Part shown: positions 39,110-48,721 of the stretch, piece after piece | Numbering within the stretch: the stretch's first letter is position 1 | Layout: every line of letters starts with the position of its first letter | NCBI GenBank assembly: GCA_965203175.1 | Contig: OZ241867.1 | Span: forward strand, 3,712,001-3,776,000 | DNA: 64,000 nucleotides | Source: Candidatus Latescibacterota bacterium | GTDB lineage: Bacteria > Latescibacterota > UBA2968 > UBA8231 | Reading direction: 5' to 3' | Position numbers and translations under genes: made by a program | Notes under the pieces: generated by a model | Told to the model about the DNA's origin: nothing | The model's database searches: none | The model's input: only the letters and a program-made list of their open reading frames with translations

Positions 39110-40867
39110 ATGCCCTGGAATAGCGATAGCTTGTTGCAGCAACTCGAACTTGGTGAGGATAGCCGCGTCGAGTTCAAGGAAGCCGTATTTAGCGGCAACC
39201 GCGTCCGTGCGCCTCATCGGGACGCTATCGCCGACGAGTTGGCTGCTTTTGGCAATACCATCGGCGGCACATTGATCTTCAGTGTGTCCGACGCTGGTGA
39301 GGTGCGGTCGATGAACCGCGAACAGATGGATGCGCTGGAAACCTTCGTCGGCGAGGTTTGTTCGGACAGCATTCGTCCCCCGTTGGCATTTGTCACCCAA
39401 CGGTTGGCTCTGCCGGACGGTTCGTTTGTGCTAGTAGTCGAAGTCGAACAGAGCGCACTGGTCCACAGGAGTCCCGGAGGATACCTTTCCCGGCAAGGCA
39501 GTGCCAAGCGAGAGATGTCGTCGGAAGCATTAAACCGTCTGTTTCAGCAGCGGGGACGTTCTGGCCTACTTGGTCCTGACGAAGTAATCGTTGCCGGAAC
39601 TGGATCCAACACGCTCGACGAGACTCTAGCGGATCGTTTTCTGAGTTCGCGCGCCACCGAGCCCACAACAGTCCAACTTACAAAGCTGGGGTTGGTGCGG
39701 GAGGATGACAGCGGCGTGATCCGCGCAACGGTCGCCGGAGTGCTACTTTGCTCCGCACGCCCGGATGAGTACATACGCGGCGCGGTGATAGAAGCTGTTC
39801 GCTATCGCGGCACGGTACTCGGCAGTGCGAGCCAGCACGATGCGGCGTCCATCACCGGCCCGTTGGATCAGCAGATCCGCGATGCCGTCAACTTCGCTAG
39901 ACTCAATACGCGGGTAGCGGCGCGCAAGGCCCCTGGGCGAGTGGAGACCCCGCAGTTTAGTCCGCGAGCAGTATTCGAGGCTATCGTCAACGCTGTGGTA
40001 CACCGCGACTACTCGATAGAGAACGCGAAGATACGGCTCTTCATTTTTGACGACCGCCTTGAGTTGTACTCGCCGGGTGCTCTGCCCAACACACTGCCCA
40101 TTGAGGCCATGCGCAACCGACAAGCCACCCGCAACGAAACGCTCGCGTCCATCCTCCGTATGCTCGCGGTCGGGGATATCGCTGGTGCGGGTGATCGGCA
40201 GTATTTCTTGGAGCAACGCGGCGAAGGGGTTCCGATCATCTACGAGCAGACCCAAGAGTTGACAGGACGCGATCCAGAATACGAACTGCTCGGCGGCGTG
40301 GAACTGCGGCTGACGATACCTTCCGCCCGTCCGCCGGTAACGGGTATCGAAGGAGAAGTGTTGGTATCCGCCGCTGGTCAGCCGCTTGTCGGTGCACAGG
40401 TAGTTGCGCTGTATCCCAATAAGACTTGGATGGAGGGGGAAACCGATACGTTTGGCCGGGTCGCCTTTGGGTTTCACTCGGAACTTCCCATCACCATTTT
40501 CTGCGCGGCACCGGGACACGCCGCCCACGTGGAACGGGATTGGCACCCGCCGGAACAGCTCTCTGTACAGCTTGAACCGCTGCCGCTAGGTGGCTCGGCG
40601 GTGTTCACAGAACGGACCGGTCATTTGCCCAATTTGACCGGGCGGCTAAACCCAATCCTCGACAATCGCGACCGCATGTACCTTTACGCGACGAACGTCG
40701 CCATTGATGACGGCAAGCAGCAACCCGTTCACTTCAGACTGAATCAGCCCTTGCGGCTCACGGATGTCAACGGGTTTGAATGGATTGTGCGGTTCATTGA
40801 GATGATCGGGAAGTCGGCGCTGTTGGAATACGAACCCCCGTCCCACAGACAGGGGAACGATGAATAG
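39110..40867 (+). CDS. Schlafen/AlbA_2 + HATPase_c_4 protein with extra C-terminal beta domains
   Basis: GEDSRVEFKE, AFGNTIGGTL; EAIVNAVVHRDY, DRLELYSPG, RN, EQRGEG. Confidence 0.85.
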   Translation: MPWNSDSLLQQLELGEDSRVEFKEAVFSGNRVRAPHRDAIADELAAFGNTIGGTLIFSVSDAGEVRSMNREQMDALETFVGEVCSDSIRPPLAFVTQRLALPDGSFVLVVEVEQSALVHRSPGGYLSRQGSAKREMSSEALNRLFQQRGRSGLLGPDEVIVAGTGSNTLDETLADRFLSSRATEPTTVQLTKLGLVREDDSGVIRATVAGVLLCSARPDEYIRGAVIEAVRYRGTVLGSASQHDAASITGPLDQQIRDAVNFARLNTRVAARKAPGRVETPQFSPRAVFEAIVNAVVHRDYSIENAKIRLFIFDDRLELYSPGALPNTLPIEAMRNRQATRNETLASILRMLAVGDIAGAGDRQYFLEQRGEGVPIIYEQTQELTGRDPEYELLGGVELRLTIPSARPPVTGIEGEVLVSAAGQPLVGAQVVALYPNKTWMEGETDTFGRVAFGFHSELPITIFCAAPGHAAHVERDWHPPEQLSVQLEPLPLGGSAVFTERTGHLPNLTGRLNPILDNRDRMYLYATNVAIDDGKQQPVHFRLNQPLRLTDVNGFEWIVRFIEMIGKSALLEYEPPSHRQGNDE

Positions 40868-40946
40868 GGATGAAGTTCTAAACGTGCTCCGAACGCACAA
40901 GGCGACCCTTGTGCAACGCTTTGGTGTCACTGAATCGGGAATGTAG
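40860..40946 (+). pseudogene. truncated 5' remnant of an MNT (nucleotidyltransferase) antitoxin
   Basis: MNRDEVLNVLRTHKATLVQRFGVTE then SGM-stop, exactly where LxLFGS would follow in MntA-family proteins; overlaps upstream stop. Confidence 0.65.
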
Positions 40947-40959
40947 AAGGTGCATCGTT

Positions 40960-43900
40960 TTGACTGATCTATTCTTTGAACAGCCTGTCCTCAACTCGCC
41001 TTACGAGCGCCCGAGTCGGCATTGGGAACTGGACGAGACCGGACAGCCGACGCAGCAGATCGTTGAAAGCCGCCGACCGGCCGAGTTCGTCACGCCGATT
41101 CCGCAGCCGAAGAGGCGCAAGGGAGCCGCGCAACAGGTTAGTCTGGTGTTTGACGAGGCGGCGCAGAAGCTCGAAGCCGCCGGTCAGCAATACGACCTGA
41201 CGGCCATCATCAACGGGGTTCGCCAACAGGTTGACCGCTGGCGCGACCTGCCGAACCCGAGCCAATGGCAGGTGACCCCAGAGACGGCTCGTCTGCTCCA
41301 GCACTGGCGGCACCACCGCTTTAGTGGCATTCGGCCCTTCTTCTGCCAAGTCGAAGCAGTGGAGACCGCTATTTGGCTCAGCGAAGTTGCGCCTAACACG
41401 CGATCCGGCAGGGACTTCCTCGACCATCTGGAGGCCGCCAACAACAACGCCAATCCAGAACTGCCACTGCCACGATTGGCGCTCAAGTTGGCGACTGGCA
41501 CTGGCAAGACTACGGTCATGGCGATGTTGATCGCTTGGCAGACCGTCAATGCGGTGCGTCGGCCCCAGAGCCGCCGCTTCACGCGCGGTTTCTTGGTGGT
41601 CACGCCCGGCATCACCATCAAAGACCGTCTGCGCGTACTACAGCCGAACGACCCGGACAGTTACTATCAGAGCCGCGAGCTGGTTCCGAACGACATGCTG
41701 CCCGACTTGGAAAAGGCCAAGATTGTCATCACCAACTACCATGCCTTCAAGCTGCGCGAACGCATGGAGCTTTCCAAAGGTGGGCGTTCGTTGCTTCAGG
41801 GACGGGGCGAGACGCTGACGACTCTGGAGACCGAGGGGCAAATGCTGCAGCGGGTGATGCCCGAACTCATGGGTATGAAGAACGTCTTGATCCTCAACGA
41901 CGAGGCGCACCACTGCTATCGAGAAAAGCTGGGTGAGGGAGAGGAAGACGAACTCAAAGGAGATGACAGAAGGGAAGCGGAAAAGAACACGGAGGCGGCG
42001 CGGCTGTGGATTTCGGGGTTGGAAATTGTCGGCGACAAATTGGGCATCAACCGGGTGATGGACTTGTCGGCGACGCCTTTCTTTTTGCGCGGGTCGGGCT
42101 ATGCCGAAGGCACGTTGTTTCCTTGGACGATGTGCGATTTCTCGCTCATGGATGCGATAGAATGCGGTATCGTCAAACTGCCCCGCGTGCCGGTGGCCGA
42201 CAACATCCCCGGCGGCGAAATGCCGAGGTTTCGCAATCTCTGGGAACACATCCGTAGCGACATGCCTAAGAAGGGGCGGGGAAAGGCCAAGACCCTCGAT
42301 CCCCTCAGTTTGCCCTTGGATTTGCTGACCGCCCTAGACGCCCTGTACGGACATTATCAGAAAACTTTTGAGTTGATGGAGAAGAGGAAGGAAGACTATG
42401 AGGTCCCGCCGTGCTTCATCGTGGTCTGCAACAATACCTCGACCTCCAAGCTGGTGTACGACTACATCTCCGGCTTCCAGCGCGAGAACGACGATGGCTC
42501 GACGACGTTGGTAAACGGTCGCTTGGAACTGTTTCGCAATTTTGACGAGCAGGGCAATCAGTATCCACGGCCTCGCACGCTGTTGATCGACAGCGAACAA
42601 TTGGAGTCCGGCGACGCGCTCGATAGCAACTTTCGCAAAATGGCCTCCGACGAGATTGATCGCTTTCGGCGGGAGATTATCGAGCGCACTGGCGACCGGC
42701 GTCAGGCTGAGAACATCAGCGACCAAGAGTTGCTCCGCGAGGTTATGAACACTGTCGGTAAGCAGGGGCGGCTAGGGGATTCGATTCGCTGTGTGGTGTC
42801 GGTGTCGATGCTTACGGAGGGGTGGGATGCGAATACTGTCAGTCACGTGCTGGGCGTGCGCGCCTTTGGGACGCAGTTGCTCTGCGAGCAGGTCATTGGC
42901 CGGGCGCTGCGGCGGCAATCCTACGATCTCAACGAAGACGGCTTGTTCGATGTCGAGTACGCGGATGTCTTGGGCATTCCGTTTGACTTTACGGCCAAGC
43001 CCGTTGTGGCTTCGCCGAAGCAGCCGCGAGAGACTGTCCAGGTGCGAGCTGTGCGGCCCGAACGCGATGCACTGGAGATTCGTTTTCCCCGGGTGGCTGG
43101 ATATCGAGTGGAATTGCCGGAAGAGCAGCTCAAGGCCGAATTCAACAAGGACTCGGTGCTGGAACTGACGCCCGATCTTATTGGTCCGTCGATTACGAGG
43201 AATCAGGGGATTATCGGCGAGGGTGTTAATCTCAATCTGGTGCACACCAACGACCTTCGGACCTCGACCCTTCTGTTTCACCTGACTCAGCGGCTACTCT
43301 ACACCAAGTTCCGCGATCCGGGTGAAGAGCCTAAGCTCTATCTTTTCGGACAGCTCAAGCGCATCGCCAGACAGTGGCTCGATGGTTATCTCGACTGCAA
43401 GGGTGACACTTATCCCGCCCAACTTATGTATCAGGAACTGGCTGACACGGCCTGCGAGCGCATCTTTGCCGCTATCACGCGCGAAGGAATCGACCGTCGT
43501 CCGGTCAAAGCGGTACTCGATCCGTACAATCCCGTTGGCTCGACAGCCTACGTGAATTTCAACACGACCAAGGCTAGCCGCTGGCAGGCTGACCCTCGCC
43601 GTTGCCATATCAATTGGATCGTTCTCGACAGCGGCTGGGAAGAGGAGTTTTGCCGCGTTGCTGAAGCTCATCCGCACGTCAAAGCCTACGTCAAGAACCA
43701 CAATCTCGGCTTGGAAGTACCCTATCGTCTTGGGTCGGAAATGCGGACGTACCTTCCGGACTTTATCGTTCTCGTTGATGATGGCCGTGGTGACGATGAT
43801 CTTCTGAATTTGATCGTTGAGATCAAAGGAGAGCGAAGGGAAGACGCCAAGGCCAAGAAGACGACCATGGATACCTATTGGGTACCTGGTGTGAACAATC

Positions 43901-44001
43901 ACGGAGATTACGGGCGCTGGGCTTTTGCCGAATTCACCGATGTGTTCGGAATGGACGCCGAGTTCGCGCAGTTGGTTGAGGGGTTTCGGGCAGAGGGATA
44001 A
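40960..44001 (+). CDS. res: Type III restriction endonuclease Res subunit
   Basis: PFFCQVEA, KLATGTGKT, NDEAHH, LSATP, MLTEGWD, QVIGRALRR, PDF...VEIKG nuclease. Confidence 0.92.
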   Translation: MTDLFFEQPVLNSPYERPSRHWELDETGQPTQQIVESRRPAEFVTPIPQPKRRKGAAQQVSLVFDEAAQKLEAAGQQYDLTAIINGVRQQVDRWRDLPNPSQWQVTPETARLLQHWRHHRFSGIRPFFCQVEAVETAIWLSEVAPNTRSGRDFLDHLEAANNNANPELPLPRLALKLATGTGKTTVMAMLIAWQTVNAVRRPQSRRFTRGFLVVTPGITIKDRLRVLQPNDPDSYYQSRELVPNDMLPDLEKAKIVITNYHAFKLRERMELSKGGRSLLQGRGETLTTLETEGQMLQRVMPELMGMKNVLILNDEAHHCYREKLGEGEEDELKGDDRREAEKNTEAARLWISGLEIVGDKLGINRVMDLSATPFFLRGSGYAEGTLFPWTMCDFSLMDAIECGIVKLPRVPVADNIPGGEMPRFRNLWEHIRSDMPKKGRGKAKTLDPLSLPLDLLTALDALYGHYQKTFELMEKRKEDYEVPPCFIVVCNNTSTSKLVYDYISGFQRENDDGSTTLVNGRLELFRNFDEQGNQYPRPRTLLIDSEQLESGDALDSNFRKMASDEIDRFRREIIERTGDRRQAENISDQELLREVMNTVGKQGRLGDSIRCVVSVSMLTEGWDANTVSHVLGVRAFGTQLLCEQVIGRALRRQSYDLNEDGLFDVEYADVLGIPFDFTAKPVVASPKQPRETVQVRAVRPERDALEIRFPRVAGYRVELPEEQLKAEFNKDSVLELTPDLIGPSITRNQGIIGEGVNLNLVHTNDLRTSTLLFHLTQRLLYTKFRDPGEEPKLYLFGQLKRIARQWLDGYLDCKGDTYPAQLMYQELADTACERIFAAITREGIDRRPVKAVLDPYNPVGSTAYVNFNTTKASRWQADPRRCHINWIVLDSGWEEEFCRVAEAHPHVKAYVKNHNLGLEVPYRLGSEMRTYLPDFIVLVDDGRGDDDLLNLIVEIKGERREDAKAKKTTMDTYWVPGVNNHGDYGRWAFAEFTDVFGMDAEFAQLVEGFRAEG

Positions 44002-44081
44002 GGATCGAACATTGTATTGATAATGTATATACGCCATCGTAAGTTCGACGAACCTATATTAAGCCAGAGGTTACGTGAACC

Positions 44082-45245
44082 ATGACTAGCCGACGCTTGC
44101 AGATAACATTGCAACCTGAGGTCCTGCGGTGGGCGCGAGAGCGAGCAGGCTTTGAGCGTCCGGAACTGGCGCGCAAGCTGCAAGTGAGTCCAGAGCGCGT
44201 GCTGGAGTGGGAACGCAATGGCAAGATCAGTGTTGCACAGGCAGATAGACTCGCCCAACGCACTCATACCGCTCTGGGATTTCTGTACTTGACAGAGCCG
44301 CCCGAAGAACGCTTGCCAATACCCGACTTTCGCACCCGAGATGATGCTCCGCCTCCGAGTTCCGATCTACTTGAGACCATTTACCTTTTGCAGCGACGTC
44401 AGGCATGGATGCGCGATGAGCTTATCGAAGGCGGTGCTGAACCGCTGGATTTCATCGGAGCCTACAGCACGGATGCCCATCCTCGGCAAGTTGGGGCAGC
44501 CATGCGTGATGCGCTGCAGCTTACCGAAGATTGGGCGGAAGAGTTAGGTGCTTGGAGCGATGCGCTACGGCATCTGCGACACTCGGTTGACGTCGCCGGA
44601 GTTCTGGTGTCGTTCAATGGAGTGGTGGGTAATAACGCATATCGAAAGCTAAATCCTGATGAATTTCAGGGCTTCGCCCTCGTGGATGAGTATGCCTCGC
44701 TCGTCTTTGTGAATAGCGCCGATTTCATGGCGGCGCAGATGTTTACTCTGGCTCACGAACTGGCACACCTCTTCATAGCCCAGAGCGGTATCTCCAATTT
44801 AGAAGACTTACAACCGCCGTCGGATGAAATCGAGCAGTTCTGCAACAAGGCCGCTGCCGAATTTCTGATACCGGAAGAAGAGTTACGGGCTTTCTGGCCT
44901 AGTGCCCGACGAACGAATGATCCTTATCAGACTATCGCCTATAGGTTCAAGGTGAGTTCTATCGTGGCCGCGCGCCGGGCACTTGATCTCGATTTGATCG
45001 ACAGGGATGAGTTTCTCCGCTTCTACAACCAAAGGGTCGATGGATGGCGCAGCGATCAGCAGCGTCAGGGAAGTGGGGGCCACTTTTGGAATACTCAGAA
45101 GTGGCGTATCGGCCCTCGTTTTGCCTCTGCCATAGTTCGTGCGGTTGGAGAGGGTCGTTTGCCCTATCGCGAGGCGTACAATCTCACCGGTCTTAAGGGA
45201 GAAGCCTTTGAGAACATGCCGAAAAAGATGGAAATACCGCAGTGA
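44082..45245 (+). CDS. XRE-HTH + ImmA/IrrE metallopeptidase (M78)
   Basis: PEVLRWARE HTH, PDFRT, FQGFAL, FTLAHELAH, EQFCNKAAAEFL. Confidence 0.9.
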   Translation: MTSRRLQITLQPEVLRWARERAGFERPELARKLQVSPERVLEWERNGKISVAQADRLAQRTHTALGFLYLTEPPEERLPIPDFRTRDDAPPPSSDLLETIYLLQRRQAWMRDELIEGGAEPLDFIGAYSTDAHPRQVGAAMRDALQLTEDWAEELGAWSDALRHLRHSVDVAGVLVSFNGVVGNNAYRKLNPDEFQGFALVDEYASLVFVNSADFMAAQMFTLAHELAHLFIAQSGISNLEDLQPPSDEIEQFCNKAAAEFLIPEEELRAFWPSARRTNDPYQTIAYRFKVSSIVAARRALDLDLIDRDEFLRFYNQRVDGWRSDQQRQGSGGHFWNTQKWRIGPRFASAIVRAVGEGRLPYREAYNLTGLKGEAFENMPKKMEIPQ

Positions 45246-45286
45246 CGAACCCGCGCTTGGACAGAATCAAGAGGAGGAATAAGCTC

Positions 45287-45448
45287 ATGCAGCCAGACCC
45301 AATCGTCGAAGAGGTTCGTAAATCACGCGATGCGTATGCTAAGAGATTCAATTATGACCTAGATGCGATTTGCCGAGATTTACAAGAGAAGCAGAGGCTA
45401 GGCAAAAGAAGAGTGATTTCTTTGCCGCCCAAACGCCCAAAAAAGTGA
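45287..45448 (+). CDS. small DPIVEEVR-type protein (putative antitoxin usually paired with a PIN toxin)
   Basis: GAGGAGG SD; MQPDPIVEEVRKSRDAYAKRFNYDLDAI; paralogue at 52644. Confidence 0.65.
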   Translation: MQPDPIVEEVRKSRDAYAKRFNYDLDAICRDLQEKQRLGKRRVISLPPKRPKK

Positions 45449-45455
45449 GGAAGCC

Positions 45456-45659
45456 ATGAAACTGAAAATTGCGATCTATCAAGCGGAAGAAGGCGGATAT
45501 TGGGCAGAAGTACCTTCTATCCCCGGATGTGCGACGCAAGGGGAATCCTTTGAAGAGTTGCTGACCAATCTCTACGAGGCCGTCGAAGGTTGTCTGTCCG
45601 TTGAGGTTTGTGACATTACTGACTCGGGAAAAGCTAGGGTGATCGAAATCGCAGTATGA
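45456..45659 (+). CDS. hicB: HicB antitoxin
   Basis: EEGGYWAEVPSIPGCATQGESFEE. Confidence 0.9.
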   Translation: MKLKIAIYQAEEGGYWAEVPSIPGCATQGESFEELLTNLYEAVEGCLSVEVCDITDSGKARVIEIAV

Positions 45660-45862
45660 GAGTAGTCAGTGGCAAGCAGTTCTGTAAGCTGCTCGAATCG
45701 CGGGGATGGCAGTTGAAGCGCGTCAACGGAAGCCACTTCATCTACGCCAAGGCGGGAGTTCCTGTTCGTATCTCCGTTCCAGTTCATGGAAATACACTCC
45801 TGAAGCGCGGTCTTCAGAGACACTTGATGAAATTAGCGAGTATTGATGAATCCGAACTGTAA
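45656..45862 (+). CDS. hicA: HicA toxin
   Basis: GWQLKRVNGSH...ISVPVH...LKRG; ATGA overlap with hicB. Confidence 0.9.
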   Translation: MRVVSGKQFCKLLESRGWQLKRVNGSHFIYAKAGVPVRISVPVHGNTLLKRGLQRHLMKLASIDESEL

Positions 45863-45898
45863 CTGAACCAATTTGTGACGGTAGAGGAATTGCAATCA

Positions 45899-48691
45899 AT
45901 GGCAAAACGAAAATCGACTAAGACTGTTGAAACCCTGCGGCACCAGGATGCATCGCGGAAGAATATTCCCACGGCTGAGTATCAGGCGGTGATGGCGGAG
46001 GACGACCGGAATCCGATTAGGGTCGCGTATGAGCGGCGCAATCGGGATCTCGATCCGCAGCTTGTTTGGCGGGGGAAGGATGAGCAGAACTGGTCGGATT
46101 TGGTGGTGCAAGCGCCGCCGCTGTTCATTCAGGAGAAGGTGCAGCCGAAGGTGTTGATTGACGATTTGCGGCAGCGGAGCAAGGAGACGGGGGACGGCGA
46201 AGCTAACTTGCAGACGGATTTGTTCGCGGATTTCAATGGGCTGCCGAGTGCGGACGCGCAGACGGAGTTTTACCAGCACGACGCCAACTGGTCGAATCGG
46301 ATGATCTTAGGCGATAGCTTGCAGGTGATGGCGTCGCTGGCCGAGCGGGAGGGGCTGCGCGGCAAGGTGCAGTGCATCTACATCGACCCGCCCTACGGCA
46401 TCAAGTTCAACTCCAACTTCCAGTGGTCAACAGAAAGTAACGTCGTAAGAGATGGGAATACGGATCACATTACCCGCGAGCCGGAACAGGTCAAGGCGTT
46501 TCGGGATACGTGGCGGGATGGGATCCATTCGTATTTGACGTATTTGCGGGATCGGCTGACGGTGGCGCGGGACTTGTTGACGGAGAGCGGGTCGGTCTTT
46601 GTGCAGATTGGGGAGGAGAATGTGCATCGGGTGCGGGCGTTGATGGATGAGGTGTTTGGGGAACAAAACTTCGTTACTGAGATTAAATTCAAAACGACAA
46701 GCAATCGAACATCTGAATTTGTACCTACGGTCTTTGATTCTATAATGTTATACGCTAAAGACCGAGACAATCTGAAGTTCCGTCGACAATTTCGATCTAA
46801 GGACTATGATGAAGTAACTGAAGACTCATACGGTTGCGTAGAGGAGTCGCCCAATTCTTGGAGAAGACTGACCAGATACGAAAAGGACAATCCAAGTCAA
46901 TCCGAGAAAATCGGACCGCTGTTCGGCTTGAGTGATCTAACTTCGTCTCACGAATATACAAGGGAACCATTCCACTGGTTTCACAAGTCATTCACTACAA
47001 GGCGACGTTACTGGTCGACTTCACATGATGGATTGACTCGTCTAGGTAGAGCTAATCGTCTCTGCGACGCTAACGGAACACTTCGATATAAGCGTTTCTT
47101 CAAAGACACATACGTTTTCGCACTGGACAATATCTGGCATGATCTAGGTAGCGGTTCTCAGACGGAAGAACGAACCTATGTTGTCCAGACGCTCTCGAAA
47201 GCCATCCAACGCTGCATCCTCATGACCACCGATCCCGGCGACCTCGTCCTCGACCCCACCTGCGGCTCCGGCACCACCGCGTACGTCGCCGAGCAGTGGG
47301 GCCGTCGCTGGATCACCATCGACACCTCCCGCGTCGCCCTCGCGCTCGCCCGCTCCCGCGTCATGGGAGCACGCTATCCCTACTACCTGCTCGCCGACAG
47401 TCGCGACGGCCAAATCAAAGAAGCCGAACTCGCCCGCAAAGCCCCCTCGGAGCAGTCCACGTACAACGACATCCGCCAAGGCTTCGTGTACGAGCGCGTC
47501 CCCCACATCACCCTCAAGTCCATCGCCAACAACGCCGAAATCGACGTAATCTATGAGAAATTCCAAGAAACGCTGGAGCCGCTGCGTCAGGAGTTGAACG
47601 ACGCACTAGGCACATCCTACGAGGAATGGGAAATCCCCCGCGACGCCGCCGACGCTTGGCCCGAGGAAGTCAAAAGAATTCACGCGGACTGGTGGGAACA
47701 GCGCATCGCCCGGCAGAAGGAAATCGACGCTTCCATCGCCGCCAAGGCCGACTACGAATACCTCTACGACAAGCCCTACGAAGACAACAAAAAAGTCCGC
47801 GTCGCCGGCCCGTTCACCGTAGAAAGCCTGTCGCCGCACCGCCTGTTAGGCGTCGATGAAAACGACGAACTCATCGACAACGTCGCCGAAGCCAAGTTAG
47901 GGTACGGCGAAAAGCAGGACTTCGCCGAGATGATCCTCGACAATCTCAAAACCTCCGGCGTCCAACAGGCGCACAAAGACGACCGCATCTCGTTTTCCGG
48001 GATCAGACCCTGGCCCGGCTACCACGTCTGCGCCGAAGGAACCTACGTCGAAGGCACCAGCGACTCGGGCGCTGAAAAACGCGCTGGCATCTTCGTCGGC
48101 CCGGAATTCGGCACCGTCTCCCGCCCCGATCTCGTCTCAGCGGTGCGCGAGGCCGCGGACGCCGACTTCGACGTGCTGGTCGCCTGCGCCTTCAACTACG
48201 ACGCCCACGCCTCGGAGTTCAACAAACTCGGCCGCGTCCCCGTCCTCAAGGCCCGCATGAACGCCGACCTCCACATGGCCGACGATCTCAAAAACACCGG
48301 CAAAGGCAACCTCTTCGTCATCTTCGGCGAACCAGACATCGACATCCTCGACGCGGAAGACAGCCAAATCCAAGTCAAGGTCAACGGCGTCGACGTATTC
48401 CACCCCAACACCGGCGAAATCCGCAGCGACAGCGCCGACGGCATCGCCTGCTGGTTCGTCGATACCGACTACAACGAGGAAAGCTTCTTCGTCCGCCACG
48501 CCTACTTCCTCGGTGCTAACGACCCGTACAAATCGCTGCGAACGACGCTCAAAACCGAGGTCAACCAAGAAGCCTGGGAAACCCTCCACAGAGACACCTC
48601 CCGACCTTTCGCCAAGCCGACGTCAGGCCGGATTGCGGTGAAGGTGATCAATCATTTGGGGGACGAGGTGATGAAGGTGTTTCGGGTGTGA
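45899..48691 (+). CDS. mod: Type III R-M methyltransferase Mod subunit (N6A)
   Basis: GDSL, YIDPPY catalytic motif, VLDPTCGSGTT SAM motif, long C-terminal region; ATG 45899. Confidence 0.93.
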   Translation: MAKRKSTKTVETLRHQDASRKNIPTAEYQAVMAEDDRNPIRVAYERRNRDLDPQLVWRGKDEQNWSDLVVQAPPLFIQEKVQPKVLIDDLRQRSKETGDGEANLQTDLFADFNGLPSADAQTEFYQHDANWSNRMILGDSLQVMASLAEREGLRGKVQCIYIDPPYGIKFNSNFQWSTESNVVRDGNTDHITREPEQVKAFRDTWRDGIHSYLTYLRDRLTVARDLLTESGSVFVQIGEENVHRVRALMDEVFGEQNFVTEIKFKTTSNRTSEFVPTVFDSIMLYAKDRDNLKFRRQFRSKDYDEVTEDSYGCVEESPNSWRRLTRYEKDNPSQSEKIGPLFGLSDLTSSHEYTREPFHWFHKSFTTRRRYWSTSHDGLTRLGRANRLCDANGTLRYKRFFKDTYVFALDNIWHDLGSGSQTEERTYVVQTLSKAIQRCILMTTDPGDLVLDPTCGSGTTAYVAEQWGRRWITIDTSRVALALARSRVMGARYPYYLLADSRDGQIKEAELARKAPSEQSTYNDIRQGFVYERVPHITLKSIANNAEIDVIYEKFQETLEPLRQELNDALGTSYEEWEIPRDAADAWPEEVKRIHADWWEQRIARQKEIDASIAAKADYEYLYDKPYEDNKKVRVAGPFTVESLSPHRLLGVDENDELIDNVAEAKLGYGEKQDFAEMILDNLKTSGVQQAHKDDRISFSGIRPWPGYHVCAEGTYVEGTSDSGAEKRAGIFVGPEFGTVSRPDLVSAVREAADADFDVLVACAFNYDAHASEFNKLGRVPVLKARMNADLHMADDLKNTGKGNLFVIFGEPDIDILDAEDSQIQVKVNGVDVFHPNTGEIRSDSADGIACWFVDTDYNEESFFVRHAYFLGANDPYKSLRTTLKTEVNQEAWETLHRDTSRPFAKPTSGRIAVKVINHLGDEVMKVFRV

Positions 48692-48721
48692 CTCCACCCT
48701 TACAAACTTGGGAGATACCTT

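Noticed and set aside
38477-39400. 307-aa antisense ORF across the island boundary
   Set aside because: Antisense to two real genes; no motif support
44020-44030. dif-like ATAATGTATAT
   Set aside because: XerD arm (TTATGTTAAAT) absent; more likely part of a promoter
45899-48691. SSR-mediated phase variation of mod
   Set aside because: No simple-sequence repeat tract seen; ORF intact
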